Shown here in pieces: positions 32,034 to 43,727 of a DNA stretch of 64,000 bases (the first letter of the stretch is position 1; every line of letters begins with the position of its first letter). The DNA lies in the NCBI GenBank assembly GCA_036507975.1, contig DATCID010000151.1, positions 3,120 to 67,119 on the forward strand, written 5' to 3'. Made by a program: the position numbers and the translations under genes. The notes under the pieces were generated by a model that was given only the letters and a program-made list of their open reading frames with translations, was not told where the DNA came from and searched no databases. This DNA comes from Ruminiclostridium sp. GTDB lineage: Bacteria > Bacillota > Clostridia > Acetivibrionales > DSM-1351.

Positions 32034-33353
32034 CTAATTTATCTTTGGTACTTTTAGTTCTTGACCAACAAACAAACTATTTTCATTCTTAATGTTATTA
32101 TATTTCATGATAATATCATATTTATTTAAATCGCCATAATATTTTAAGCTTATGCCACTAAAAGTATCTCCTGCTTGCACTACATATGTATCATATTCAC
32201 TACTTCCATTTTGTTCACTAGGCTTAGTAACTTCTTGATTGCCATCAATTGGTTGTGACAAAGAAGCACTAGCTTGTGAATCAGTCGAAGTCTCCTCAGC
32301 AGATGTGCTTGTAGCAGTATCATTAGTCGAACTTGATTGGGATATGTCAGATGGTGGGTTGCCTGCAGTCGTTATACCACCGGTTTTAAAAATCAAATAT
32401 CCCATAAACAAAACGCCTGATATAACCATCACACATACAAAGGCAAGTATGTAATTAACAATATTGTTTCCTAATTTTGGCTCTACTTCCTCATCCTCTT
32501 GCCGATTATTAAATACGACCGGATTTATCCTTTTGCGCCCTACAATGTTTTTAATCTCATCTACTCTGATAGCCATAATTGTAATGCCATCGTCAATACA
32601 TTTTTTTGCAGCCTCCTGAAATAAAACACTAGCCATTTTTGAAGGGTCAAAACCAGAGTCAATAACTGATTCTATCCTGCTTTTACTTACCCCATTTAAT
32701 AGTCCATCACTACAAAGAATTAAAATGTCACCTTCCTCTATTTCAAAGCAAGATGATAGTTTAATTTTTGTTTTCGATTCTTCTTCAGCCAGTTTTAGTA
32801 TTTTTTCAGTATCATTGTAAATATCGAAAGTACTAGTAGATATCCCTAACATTTTGAGCTTCTCATTTTTTCTACTGTCATTTTTGCCAAAAATCTGTTT
32901 TTGTTCGCCATTCCTATACAGAAAGGCTCCGTTATTGCCTAGATTCATCACAATTGCTCTGTTATTATCAATAATTAATGATGAGAATCCAGTGATTATT
33001 GATGAGTTTTGTTTTGCTATTATAGATTTGCTATATATTAAATTACTAGAAAGCTGTACCGCCTCACATATATTCTCTGAAATGGTTTCCAACTCGAACT
33101 GTTGTAATTTCGCACTTTCGTGGTATTTTTTTATTTCTCTGATGGCTGAAATACCATCTGATCTCTCATTGTCTATACCAATTGAATCGGAAATTGCGAA
33201 TACATAATTATTGGAATACTTCTCAAAAGAGCATTGAATACTCTCTGTATTGTGACAATTAGAAAAATTGCCATTGAAGTAAAAATCTTCTTTATCCGAG
33301 TCTTTGGCCATACAGCTTATTACTGTAGCACTTAATTTAATGTTTCCATCCAC
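32034..33353 (-). CDS. PP2C-like domain + TM helix + extracellular LysM protein
   Basis: ED, AISD, NLGN, LCSDGL and DDGIT PP2C-like motifs; TM ILAFVCVMVISGVLFMGYLIF; S/T linker; LysM YVVQAGDTFSGIS...LFVGQELKVP. Confidence 0.75.
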   Translation of the reverse strand: MDGNIKLSATVISCMAKDSDKEDFYFNGNFSNCHNTESIQCSFEKYSNNYVFAISDSIGIDNERSDGISAIREIKKYHESAKLQQFELETISENICEAVQLSSNLIYSKSIIAKQNSSIITGFSSLIIDNNRAIVMNLGNNGAFLYRNGEQKQIFGKNDSRKNEKLKMLGISTSTFDIYNDTEKILKLAEEESKTKIKLSSCFEIEEGDILILCSDGLLNGVSKSRIESVIDSGFDPSKMASVLFQEAAKKCIDDGITIMAIRVDEIKNIVGRKRINPVVFNNRQEDEEVEPKLGNNIVNYILAFVCVMVISGVLFMGYLIFKTGGITTAGNPPSDISQSSSTNDTATSTSAEETSTDSQASASLSQPIDGNQEVTKPSEQNGSSEYDTYVVQAGDTFSGISLKYYGDLNKYDIIMKYNNIKNENSLFVGQELKVPKIN

Positions 33354-33470
33354 AGTATTTCACCTCATATCGTATTTTAAAATTCTTTAGTAAAAGTGTT
33401 CAATTATAGGGGAACTCTACATCTCATTAAAAAACGAAAGGAATACATTCCTCTCGTTTTTAATTTTTAA

Positions 33471-33860
33471 CTATTTTTTTGAAGAAGAGAACGCGCCTAT
33501 GATAGATTTAACAACTGAGCTAGCAATATTTATAATGCTAAGCACATTTTCTGCATTAAACGAAAACGAATCAATGGTTTCTGTAATGGAATCTTCAACT
33601 GTCGCTGCCACCGAAGTAGCCATATCCAATGTTCCCTTTGCACTTACAGCTAACTCATCTACACTTTTTACAGTTGATGGCAATGCCATAAGTGTCTTTT
33701 CAATGTTTTCAGAGTTATTATCAATTATCTTATTTACCTTGTCCATTATTTTCAGGAAACTTCTGAGTGAAATAATCAATAAAATACCTATAACAACAAC
33801 AATACAGAAAACCACAAACCATGCCAAAACACTAAGATCTATAGTAACAGCCATAAGCAA
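33471..33860 (-). CDS. DUF948/YtxG-like membrane-anchored protein
   Basis: N-terminal TM plus coiled coil; adjacent to a YtxH gene. Confidence 0.6.
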   Translation of the reverse strand: MLMAVTIDLSVLAWFVVFCIVVVIGILLIISLRSFLKIMDKVNKIIDNNSENIEKTLMALPSTVKSVDELAVSAKGTLDMATSVAATVEDSITETIDSFSFNAENVLSIINIASSVVKSIIGAFSSSKK

Positions 33861-33884
33861 CTCCCTTTCGTAAATGAAAGCTTT

Positions 33885-34202
33885 TTATTCAGCTTCTTTA
33901 TCATCTTGACATTCGCAATCTTCTGAAGCAGAGGCTTCATTACAGCAACAGCCCTTTTCTTTTTTAACCATCTCTTCAATCTTTTCTTTAGCAACAATTA
34001 AACCCTCTTTTACATTCTCAAGAGTCTCCTTTGTTGTCTTTGTGATATTTTCTCTAGTCTCTTTTCCTGACTTTGGAGCCAATAGTACTCCGGCAGCAAC
34101 ACCAACTGCAGTACCTATTCCAGCACCAATAGCGGCAATCTTCGCAGTTTGTTTTTTTGATGCTTTCTTCTTATTCTGATTAAATAAATCTAACAAATTC
34201 AT
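33885..34202 (-). CDS. YtxH domain protein
   Basis: GAGIGTAVGVAAGVLLAPKSGKETRE motif. Confidence 0.88.
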   Translation of the reverse strand: MNLLDLFNQNKKKASKKQTAKIAAIGAGIGTAVGVAAGVLLAPKSGKETRENITKTTKETLENVKEGLIVAKEKIEEMVKKEKGCCCNEASASEDCECQDDKEAE

Positions 34203-34542
34203 TTTTATTATACCTCCTTCATAAATTATTCTTCCTAAATAAATTATTCTTCCTAAATAAATTCTTCAATTTCCCATTTAAAGTTTTTACAGAGTACCAA
34301 TATACTGTTATTATACGCCTTTTAATTGGGAAATCATAGAGATTTATCGTTAAGTATTTATGGATTAAGGCTGATTTAACCAATAAAACAGTATTTATTA
34401 CCGCTATATTGTGTGACTATACAAATTCTGTTAAACTTACTCTATAGTTCAAGCTTTCTTACTTAGGAATAGCCGTACCTCGTAAGAGTGCAATTTTTTC
34501 GATTAAAGGTTGTAAAAAATATAATATTCAGGAGGTAGCCAA

Positions 34543-35988
34543 GTGAATAGCATCAACGTTTTGTTTGCTTCATCCGAAGTATTTCCTTTTGCTAAAACAG
34601 GTGGTCTTGGGGATGTTGCAGGTTCACTTCCAAAAGCAATATCTAAACTGGGTGCTGGTATCAGAGTTGTAATGCCAAGCTATGGGAGCATACCTAGCCA
34701 ATACAAAGATTCTATGGAGTTTTTAGGTTATATATATGTCGATCTATCCTGGAGACACCAATACTGTGGTGTTTTAAGGCTTATTTATGATGAAGTCACC
34801 TACTATTTTCTAGACAATGAATATTATTTTAATAGATCTGATCTATATGGTGATTTTGATGAGGCTGAGCAGTTTACATTTTTTAGCAAAGCAATCCTTG
34901 AGATGCTCCCCCTTATCGGATGTAAGCCAGACCTAATTCACTGTAATGACTGGCAAACAGGGATTATAAGTCTTATGTTAAAAGCAAATTATAGACATAA
35001 TGCTTTTTACAGCAAAATTAAAACGGTATTTACAATTCACAATTTGAAATATCAGGGCATATTTCCAAAAGAGATACTTCTCGATTTGCTTGGCATAGAT
35101 TGGGAATTCTTCACTCCATATGGAATTGAGTTTCATGATAATGTAAACTTTATGAAAGCTGGCTTGGTATACTCTGATTCAATAAGCACGGTTAGTCCAA
35201 CATATGCACAGGAGATTAAAACCAGTTTTTATGGAGAGAATTTAAATGATATATTGATACATCGTTCAAATGATTTATATGGCATTTTGAATGGAATAGA
35301 CTATCAAAAAAATAATCCAGAAAACGACAATAGACTTTATGTTCCTTACTCCGCTGATAATATATCTAAAAAATATGAGAACAAACTGAGGCTTCAGCAA
35401 GATCTCGGCTTGCCAGTCAGACCTGATGTGCCAATAATAGGAATAATATCACGACTGACTGCACAAAAGGGTTTTGATCTAATAGAATACGTACTTGAAG
35501 AAATATTGCAGATGGATATTCAGTTGGTTTTGTTAGGCAAAGGTGATGAGCATTATAGATATATTTTTGAAAACACTGCATACTGGCACAAGGATAAGCT
35601 ATCTGCAAACATAACCTTTAGCGACACCTTAGCTCAAAGAATTTATGCAGGATCTGATATGTTTTTGATGCCATCCTTATTTGAACCCTGTGGCCTCGGT
35701 CAGATATTTAGTTTTAGATATGGTTCTGTTCCCATTGTTCGTGAGACAGGTGGTCTAAATGATACTGTTTCATCCTACAACGAGGATACTGGTACTGGAA
35801 ATGGCTTTACTTTTACAAACTACAATGCACATGACATGCTAAATACTATAAGGCGAGCAGTTGATTTCTATTATAATAAAAAAGATGTTTGGAATTTGCT
35901 TGTTCAGAGAGGTATGAGAGCTGACTTTAGCTGGGATAAATCCGCTCATGAGTATTTGAATATGTACAAGAAGACTTTGCGTAAGTGA
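34543..35988 (+). CDS. glgA: Glycogen synthase
   Basis: KTGGLGDV, HCNDWQT, TIHNL, QKG and PSLFEPCGLGQ motifs. Confidence 0.97.
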   Translation: MNSINVLFASSEVFPFAKTGGLGDVAGSLPKAISKLGAGIRVVMPSYGSIPSQYKDSMEFLGYIYVDLSWRHQYCGVLRLIYDEVTYYFLDNEYYFNRSDLYGDFDEAEQFTFFSKAILEMLPLIGCKPDLIHCNDWQTGIISLMLKANYRHNAFYSKIKTVFTIHNLKYQGIFPKEILLDLLGIDWEFFTPYGIEFHDNVNFMKAGLVYSDSISTVSPTYAQEIKTSFYGENLNDILIHRSNDLYGILNGIDYQKNNPENDNRLYVPYSADNISKKYENKLRLQQDLGLPVRPDVPIIGIISRLTAQKGFDLIEYVLEEILQMDIQLVLLGKGDEHYRYIFENTAYWHKDKLSANITFSDTLAQRIYAGSDMFLMPSLFEPCGLGQIFSFRYGSVPIVRETGGLNDTVSSYNEDTGTGNGFTFTNYNAHDMLNTIRRAVDFYYNKKDVWNLLVQRGMRADFSWDKSAHEYLNMYKKTLRK

Positions 35989-36074
35989 ATTAACTTTATG
36001 TCTCAAAACATAAAATATAGCACCTCACTTCACAGATCAAAAGTGAAGTGATATGCTATATTTTGATTATATAT

Positions 36075-36608
36075 TTAAAACTCTATACCTTTGCGAGCTG
36101 AAATACCTTTGTCGAAGGGATGCTTAATTGCTTTTATTTCAGATACATAATCAGCAATCTGTATTAAACCTTTTTGTGCATCCCTACCTGTAATTACAAG
36201 CTCAACGTGTTTGGGTTTGCTCTTTATCAATTCAATAATATCAGCTTCCTCTAAAAAACCTATAGACATTACTCCCAATAGCTCATCGAGAATAATTAAG
36301 TCATACTTATCTTTCAAAACCTCATTTTTAATACTCTGAAATATATCATTAGCTTCTTTTGCTGCTTCAGTTAATTCATCTGGAGTCATATTCCATACAA
36401 ATTTCTTGCAACTAAAGCCTCTAGTAACGCTAAAAGCTGAGCCCAGCTTTTTTATAGTACAAAGCTCTCCAGTATCACTACTTTTCAAGAATTGCACCAA
36501 GAGAACCTTCAATCCACTGCCACAAGCTCTTATTCCAAGTCCTATGGCCGCAGTAGTTTTGCCCTTACCGTCTCCTGTATATATATGTACCAGTCCTGTC
36601 CTGTCCAT
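36075..36608 (-). CDS. cobO: Cob(I)yrinic acid a,c-diamide adenosyltransferase (CobO/BtuR family)
   Basis: YTGDGKGKTTAA, QFLK, LDE, TGR and HPF..G..AR.GIEF motifs. Confidence 0.9.
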   Translation of the reverse strand: MDRTGLVHIYTGDGKGKTTAAIGLGIRACGSGLKVLLVQFLKSSDTGELCTIKKLGSAFSVTRGFSCKKFVWNMTPDELTEAAKEANDIFQSIKNEVLKDKYDLIILDELLGVMSIGFLEEADIIELIKSKPKHVELVITGRDAQKGLIQIADYVSEIKAIKHPFDKGISARKGIEF

Positions 36609-36609
36609 T

Positions 36610-36645
36610 TTAACCTCCATTAGCCGCTAATTGTGGCTCCCACTG
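36610..36645 (-). repeat. SD-carrying dispersed element, copy E (degenerate 3' half)
   Basis: GTGGGAGCCACAATTAGCGGCTAATGGAGGTTAAA-ATG. Confidence 0.55.
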
Positions 36646-36666
36646 TATCTTAGAAATTTGTTTATA

Positions 36667-37350
36667 TTAGTGTGCCTTACACGGACACACCTTAATGCAA
36701 ATACCACATACCGACCCTCGTCCAATATGTTTAAACTTTTGGTTCATATACTCCGAGCAGGCCTTTGCATCAACTATATAATCACGTTCAGTTCCTATGC
36801 TCCATTGATTCCCAGTCAAAGCATATGCAGGGCATGAACTTACGCATTTATTACACGATGCACATTTGCTCTCAAGAACTGTATTTTCAATTGGGAGTTC
36901 AACATCAGTCAGTACAGTTCCCAGTCTTACTCTAGAACCAAATTCCTTATGAATAAATAATCCATTTTTGCCTATCCACCCCAATCCAGCTCTAGTTGCT
37001 CCAGTTTTGTGTGGAAATACTCCACTATATGGAATTGTGGCAGTTGGAATGCTTTGGGATGCAGCAACAGAATACGCCTTGTATCCATTTTGCTGGATAG
37101 AAAGTAGCGTTCTGAGGGAAATTTGGTCAATCAAGGTATTCACTGAACGATAATGATTAAAGTAGGTAAATGTTGGTTTGTCCTCAATCTCATCGATTAT
37201 TGCATCAGAGAGTCTTATCCCAAACGTTATTGCATATGGATAATTTTTAAGTGCATCCGGTAAAGAAGCTTGTACATTGGAGAATCCAACAAATGATGCA
37301 CCAAGTCCAAGAATTAATGTTTCAAACTCTTTATATAAATTATAAACCAC
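36667..37350 (-). CDS. QueG/reductive-dehalogenase-like 4Fe-4S protein
   Basis: HKTGATRAGLGWIGKNGL...GSRVRLGTVLTD; CASCNKCVSSCP; CGICIKVCP. Confidence 0.75.
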   Translation of the reverse strand: MVYNLYKEFETLILGLGASFVGFSNVQASLPDALKNYPYAITFGIRLSDAIIDEIEDKPTFTYFNHYRSVNTLIDQISLRTLLSIQQNGYKAYSVAASQSIPTATIPYSGVFPHKTGATRAGLGWIGKNGLFIHKEFGSRVRLGTVLTDVELPIENTVLESKCASCNKCVSSCPAYALTGNQWSIGTERDYIVDAKACSEYMNQKFKHIGRGSVCGICIKVCPCKAH

Positions 37351-37364
37351 AAAATCCTCCACAT

Positions 37365-37455
37365 AACAACCTTCAAGAGACGCTAATTACAGCAAAAAAA
37401 GCTAATAATAAAACCACCTTTCTTCATTGCTATAAGGCGAACAAAGGAGGTTGTT
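37365..37455 (-). repeat. SD-carrying dispersed element, copy F (3' half decayed)
   Basis: AACAACCTCCTTTGTTCGCCTTATAGCAATGAAG is nearly identical to copy D; ends GAAGGTTGTT. Confidence 0.78.
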
Positions 37456-37562
37456 TAGGCAATATAGAAAACATTGTTATTCTATGTTATAATTAATATA
37501 TTATAACATAAAAATAAGTGATTTATATATTTGATATTAATTAAAGTGTATTGGAGTTTATT

Positions 37563-38105
37563 ATGAGTTCAATTGAAAATAGCCGAGAACTTGCAGAAAA
37601 CAAGCTGATATTATTGTATATTATTAATAATTTAGAAGCTCCTGTTTCAAATTTGCTGCTAACTAAAATAATACTAGAAAACAAACTAATGAATTATATT
37701 TTTCTACAGCAGTATCTTGATGAGCTATGTGACGGTAAGTTTTTAGAAATAATTGATTCTGATGATAAGATTTCATATAGAATATCTCCAGCAGGTAAAC
37801 TGAGCCTGGATTATTTCATTTCGCTAATTCCAGCTGGCACAAAATCAAGAATTGATGAAGCGCTTTTCGATTACAAAAAGCGCATAAAATATGAGACCAG
37901 TATCGAAGCAGATTTTGTTGCTGTAAATGAAAACGAATATATAACAAGTCTCAAAATATGTGAAGGTAGCTTCACATACATTGATTTAAAGTTAACTGTA
38001 GGCAGCAGAAATGATGCCCGTAAAATTTGCAACAACTGGACTCAAAACTCAGAAAAATTATATAATAAAATTCTATCTGATATTACGGAACCAGGAGAAG
38101 GTTAG
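37563..38105 (+). CDS. DUF4364 family protein
   Basis: LAENKLIILY...MNYIFLQQYLDEL winged-helix-like N-terminus; A..IC.NW C-terminal motif. Confidence 0.75.
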   Translation: MSSIENSRELAENKLILLYIINNLEAPVSNLLLTKIILENKLMNYIFLQQYLDELCDGKFLEIIDSDDKISYRISPAGKLSLDYFISLIPAGTKSRIDEALFDYKKRIKYETSIEADFVAVNENEYITSLKICEGSFTYIDLKLTVGSRNDARKICNNWTQNSEKLYNKILSDITEPGEG

Positions 38106-38126
38106 GCTATTCTTCAAAGTGATGGG

Positions 38127-38408
38127 TTAACCTATTGAATAATAACTGCTAAGACCGTGTTTTATTCCACGGGCGGAGCATTCTCTCATTAAAAGGTCAA
38201 CTTGATGGCGTAAAAAGTCCACTCTTAGACCTGCTATTTTTTTCTTGCCATAATCATCTTTAACATCTTTTAAATAAATTTCGCACAACTTCAAAAACTT
38301 ATATGTGTTCTGAACTTTATCTATAAGAACCTTGTCACTTAATTTTTTGATATCTGTTTCTCCGATATGTTCATAATTAATTTTTTCAACATTACATTTT
38401 TCTTGCAT
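38127..38408 (-). CDS. Hypothetical protein
   Basis: ORF with SD GGAGAG before ATG 38408. Confidence 0.6.
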   Translation of the reverse strand: MQEKCNVEKINYEHIGETDIKKLSDKVLIDKVQNTYKFLKLCEIYLKDVKDDYGKKKIAGLRVDFLRHQVDLLMRECSARGIKHGLSSYYSIG

Positions 38409-38431
38409 TTTCTCTCCAATCATTTCTAATA

Positions 38432-38562
38432 ATCTATCTCAGCTACATCCTACTATCCCTACTTTTATAAGTAGTAGACATCAGATAAGTATCGCCAAGC
38501 TTCCAAATAAACGCGAATTTAGTTCAGGTGGATAACACTCCATCTAAACTAAATCTTCTTTA
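38432..38562 (-). repeat. Family-2 palindromic element, copy 4
   Basis: TAAAGAAGATTTAGTTTAGATGGAG..CCACCTGAACT..TTATTTGGAAGCTTGGCG..GCTGAGATAGAT. Confidence 0.72.
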
Positions 38563-38619
38563 GGATACACTTCTATTATATTCACGCTAGTTGCATTTGA
38601 TACCGTTAATAAAAAAGAG

Positions 38620-38913
38620 CTACCTAGGTAGCTCTATTACGGAATTCTTTTCAGATGTTTTGTATAAAACAAACTTACTTCCGATTACCTGAACTACTTG
38701 CGACTGTGTTAACTCCGCAATTTCCTCGCACACAATCTTAGTATCACAATCTGCGTTTCTAAGTACTGTTGCTTTTATAAGCTCTCTAGCTTCCAATGCA
38801 TCAGAAAATTGTTTTACCATATTGTCATTTATTCCGCCCTTCCCAACTTGGAAAATGGGCTGAAGATTATTTGCTAGTGATCTCAAATAGCTTCTCTGCT
38901 TTCCTGTAAGCAT
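38620..38913 (-). CDS. yhbY: Ribosome assembly RNA-binding protein YhbY (CRM domain)
   Basis: MLTGKQRSYLRSLA...QVGKGG...RELIK...VQVIG. Confidence 0.93.
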   Translation of the reverse strand: MLTGKQRSYLRSLANNLQPIFQVGKGGINDNMVKQFSDALEARELIKATVLRNADCDTKIVCEEIAELTQSQVVQVIGSKFVLYKTSEKNSVIELPR

Positions 38914-38941
38914 ATTTACCTCCTATCTATGAATGGCTCTA

Positions 38942-40219
<1,278 letters not shown>

Positions 40220-40438
40220 TTATTTTTCTCCATAAACTCAAAATAGTTCTTTCTTTTAACAATAAATACTGAAAGAACAGTTAAATCTAACTAAATTTTA
40301 TCCTTTTACCTACGCCAAACTCTCTTTATTATACCATTTTTCGATCAATTTATGTGATTATCCTAATAATAAAAATGTGCATTAAAAAAGGTAGAAAATG
40401 AATATCACATTTTCTGCCTTTTTATAATGCGATAAATA

Positions 40439-40720
40439 TTAAATTTCAGTAATTATCTTAACTTGCTTTTTATCTTTGCCAAGTCTTGCAAACTTAACTT
40501 TACCATCTTTTAATGCAAACAAAGTATCATCAGAACCTATTCCAACGTTTAGACCAGGATGAACCTTCGTACCTCTTTGACGAACAAGAATATTTCCAGC
40601 TAATACAAACTGGCCATCAGCTCTTTTAACGCCAAGTCTTTGAGACGCGCTATCGCGACCATTTCTAGAACTACCAACACCCTTTTTATGGGCAAAAAGT
40701 TGTAAATTAACCTTTATCAT
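40439..40720 (-). CDS. rpmA: 50S ribosomal protein L27 with Prp-cleaved N-terminal extension
   Basis: MIKVNLQLF|[15 protein letters not shown]. Confidence 0.97.
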   Translation of the reverse strand: MIKVNLQLFAHKKGVGSSRNGRDSASQRLGVKRADGQFVLAGNILVRQRGTKVHPGLNVGIGSDDTLFALKDGKVKFARLGKDKKQVKIITEI

Positions 40721-40724
40721 GAGA

Positions 40725-41057
40725 CTACACCTCCTCATTCATTACCTTCACATAGTCGGGATAAGCATACTCTATCTGTTTGAATCCTATTTCCGCAGTA
40801 GTCATAATTACATTGGCATCATGTCTTAATTCAAGTGATATATCCATGTCAAGCTTACATGACATAAATCCATCCCTCTGTTTAAAAAAACCTTTCAGAC
40901 CAATAAGCTCTTCTATTGCTCCTACCGTAGTAAAAGTGATTGCAGAAATTGCTGAACATACAATATCATTGCCCTCTTCGGCATAACCTGAATGTCCCTG
41001 AACAACAAACCGTTTAATATTTCCCGCTAAATCCTTACCTATATTAACATTAATCAT
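40725..41057 (-). CDS. prp: Ribosomal-processing cysteine protease Prp
   Basis: GHSGY...DIVCSAIS; located between rplU and rpmA. Confidence 0.92.
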   Translation of the reverse strand: MINVNIGKDLAGNIKRFVVQGHSGYAEEGNDIVCSAISAITFTTVGAIEELIGLKGFFKQRDGFMSCKLDMDISLELRHDANVIMTTAEIGFKQIEYAYPDYVKVMNEEV

Positions 41058-41071
41058 TAATAGTCAAATCC

Positions 41072-41383
41072 TTATGCATTAATCTTTTCAATCTGAACCT
41101 TTGTATACGGCTGTCTGTGACCTTGTTTCTTTTTGTAATTCTTCTTAGCCTTGTATTTGAAAACAACAATCTTTTCACCTTTACCATGGCTAATAATCTT
41201 TGCATTAACAGAAGCAGTTTCTAGCATTGGAGCTCCAAAATTCATAACTCCATCATTTGATACAGCAAGAACTTTATCAAAAACAACAGCAGAACCTTCT
41301 TCTTCGAAAAGCTTTTCAATGAAAACTACATCGCCTTCTTGAACTTTATACTGCTTACCACCAGTCATTATAATTGCGTACAT
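41072..41383 (-). CDS. rplU: 50S ribosomal protein L21
   Basis: [13 protein letters not shown]...GHRQPYT. Confidence 0.98.
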   Translation of the reverse strand: MYAIIMTGGKQYKVQEGDVVFIEKLFEEEGSAVVFDKVLAVSNDGVMNFGAPMLETASVNAKIISHGKGEKIVVFKYKAKKNYKKKQGHRQPYTKVQIEKINA

Positions 41384-41389
41384 GATACA

Positions 41390-41490
41390 CCTCCTAATTA
41401 ACAGTCTCGCCGACTAAATGACGTATACACATCACAGGCAATAATTCTTGCGAATTATATTTAGGGAGCCTTGGCCGAGCGGCTACCGAT
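41390..41490 (-). ncRNA. L21 leader cis-regulatory RNA (probable)
   Basis: GCCGC...GGCGAGACTG...AGGAGGTG immediately 5' of rplU. Confidence 0.6.
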
Positions 41491-41495
41491 ATATT

Positions 41496-42992
41496 TTAGC
41501 ACAACAAGGAATCAATGTCAATTTCTTTGATTCTTAATCCATTAGCCTTCAAATCACTATCTGAAGAAACTAATATTTTTCTTTCTATTCCATTTAGCAA
41601 CTCTTCTTTATGCTTTTTAATATTAGCTTCGACAATTGTTGACACCGAAGGATGTACCTCCACCTTTAACGCTTTGGCATCAGAAGATTTCATATACTCT
41701 TTGATTCCCTTCAATACCTTCATAGCATTCGTATCTGCTGTGAAGACTTTCCCGTTTCCATCACAGCATGGACAATCACAGGTCATTACTGTTGAAAGTT
41801 CCTGTCTTATTTTCTTTCTAGTCATCTCAACCAGTCCAAGCTCAGTCATTCCCAAAACAATGGTTTTAGTTCTATCACTTTTCAGACTCTGCCTTAGAGA
41901 ATCAAGTACCATTTGCTGGTGCTCACTATCATTCATATCGATAAAATCAATTACAACTATTCCTCCAATATCTCTTAACCGAAGCTGCTTTGCAATCTCC
42001 TTAGTAGCCTCAATATTGGTTTTTAAAACAGTATCTTCTAAATTATTATCCCCAACAAATTTGCCAGTATTTACATCAATTACTGTAAGGGCTTCAGTTT
42101 TGTCAATAATTATATAACCACCACATTTTAGCCAAACTTTTCGGGCAAGAGCTCTCTCTATTTTGGTCTCTATTTGATAATAGTCGAAAATTTCATAGTC
42201 TTTTCGAAATAATTCAACTCTGTTCTTTAATACTGGTGAAATCATCTCAACCAACTCAAGAACTTTAAAATACTCTTTTTCATTGTTTATAATGAATTTA
42301 TCTACATCCCATGTAAACAGATCCCTTACAGACCTATAAATCAAGTTAATATCTTTGTGAATGCATCTTGGAACTGGTCCATTGCACTCCATTTGTTTGA
42401 TTTTGCTCCACAGCTTTGTTAGAAATGATGCGTCCTCAACAAAATTCGATTCCTCTTTGCCCTCAGATACAGTACGAACAATTAGTCCCATACCATTAGG
42501 CTTTAGTTTCTCTGCTATCGTCTTTAGTCTTTGCCTCTCTACATCATTTCCAATTCTACGTGAAATACCCACATAATCTGCATTTGGAAGCAATACAAGA
42601 TTTCGTCCTGGCAAAGTTATATGTGTTGAAACTCTAGGGCCCTTAGTACCAATGGGCTCTTTAATTACTTGAACTGTTAATTCCTGTCCAATCCTTAAAA
42701 TGTCAGAAATGTTGTATTGCGCAAAATCACGATAAACTTCTATTTCATCGTCTGAATATTCTTTTTGCAGTATAGCGTCCCCGACATACAGGAATGCATT
42801 CTTTTCATATCCAATATCAATAAATGCGGCTTGCATACCAGGTAAAACACTACTAACTTTTCCCCTATAAATGTTGCCAACAAGCCCCTGATGTGTTGTT
42901 CTCTCAATATGAATTTCTGCAAGCTCTTTGTCCTCAAGTATGCCAACCCTTATTTCTCCAGCATTGACGTCTACAATTATTTCATTAATCAT
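41496..42992 (-). CDS. rng: Ribonuclease E/G family protein
   Basis: GNIYRGKV..VLPGMQAAF, IDVNTG, LRLRDIGGIVVIDFIDM and CPCC motifs. Confidence 0.95.
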   Translation of the reverse strand: MINEIIVDVNAGEIRVGILEDKELAEIHIERTTHQGLVGNIYRGKVSSVLPGMQAAFIDIGYEKNAFLYVGDAILQKEYSDDEIEVYRDFAQYNISDILRIGQELTVQVIKEPIGTKGPRVSTHITLPGRNLVLLPNADYVGISRRIGNDVERQRLKTIAEKLKPNGMGLIVRTVSEGKEESNFVEDASFLTKLWSKIKQMECNGPVPRCIHKDINLIYRSVRDLFTWDVDKFIINNEKEYFKVLELVEMISPVLKNRVELFRKDYEIFDYYQIETKIERALARKVWLKCGGYIIIDKTEALTVIDVNTGKFVGDNNLEDTVLKTNIEATKEIAKQLRLRDIGGIVVIDFIDMNDSEHQQMVLDSLRQSLKSDRTKTIVLGMTELGLVEMTRKKIRQELSTVMTCDCPCCDGNGKVFTADTNAMKVLKGIKEYMKSSDAKALKVEVHPSVSTIVEANIKKHKEELLNGIERKILVSSDSDLKANGLRIKEIDIDSLLC

Positions 42993-43010
42993 CCAATCAC
43001 CTCAAAGTAA

Positions 43011-43727
43011 CTATAAAACAAGCCCATCCATTGGATCTAAAAGTTGGTCCTGAGCGTTAACAAATAGCTTTGTTCTATGAATTCTGTCAATTTCAAAATC
43101 AAATTCCAAATAACCAAATAGCGATTCGATCAAAAGATCCGGCTTTAGATTCGCCTTACTCCCAGCACTGACTAGCATAGTTAGTTTTATGATATTGTAA
43201 GTGCCGCACGGCTGTAATTCAAAATCCAAATCAAAAATCATATCCCTAATATTCGTATCTTTCATTCCACTTTTAGTTCTCTTTTCTATAATAATCTCGT
43301 TCTGCGCAAGATATTTGTCGATACTCACTTTTAAATTTTTCTCATTACATTCTGACTTAGTACCCACTACAACAATATACTCAGAAGCCGCTATTGTAGC
43401 CATTATATTTTGTTTTGATTGTCTTTGCTTTGCAGCGGTAATCTCCACTCCCTGCGGAAGCTGAGCATTCAATCTTTCCATAAACTCAGGAACAGATAGC
43501 TCATCATCAATAACCTCAAAATCCCCGTACTCCGCATCACTAGTAACGCCAACACTGAGGGGCAAGCCGAAAACCATACCTGGATGTGGATTAAACCCCT
43601 GTGAATAGACTATGGGAAGCCTCGCTCGTCTTATAGCACGTTCAAAAACCTTCATCAGGTCAAGATGTGAAATAAACTTCACTTCATCACCACGCCTAAA
43701 TTTTGTACGAATATTAGCCAATGTCAT
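43011..43727 (-). CDS. Radical SAM-associated protein (TIGR03936/DUF2344-like)
   Basis: KFISHLDL...RA.LP..YSQGFNPHP; overlaps the upstream radical SAM gene. Start is ATG 43727 or TTG 43721. Confidence 0.85.
   Translation of the reverse strand: MTLANIRTKFRRGDEVKFISHLDLMKVFERAIRRARLPIVYSQGFNPHPGMVFGLPLSVGVTSDAEYGDFEVIDDELSVPEFMERLNAQLPQGVEITAAKQRQSKQNIMATIAASEYIVVVGTKSECNEKNLKVSIDKYLAQNEIIIEKRTKSGMKDTNIRDMIFDLDFELQPCGTYNIIKLTMLVSAGSKANLKPDLLIESLFGYLEFDFEIDRIHRTKLFVNAQDQLLDPMDGLVL

Noticed and set aside
34221-34267. Short tandem duplication (AAATAAATTATTCTTCCT twice plus a partial unit)
   Set aside because: No spacers, so not CRISPR; probably a simple slippage duplication.
34370-34520. Possible riboswitch upstream of glgA
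   Set aside because: No recognisable aptamer motif or expression platform.
41515-42117. 200-aa plus-strand ORF
   Set aside because: Fully antisense to rng, with the Ser/Ile/Phe-rich composition of a shadow frame; the same applies to the many other antisense ORFs in the track.
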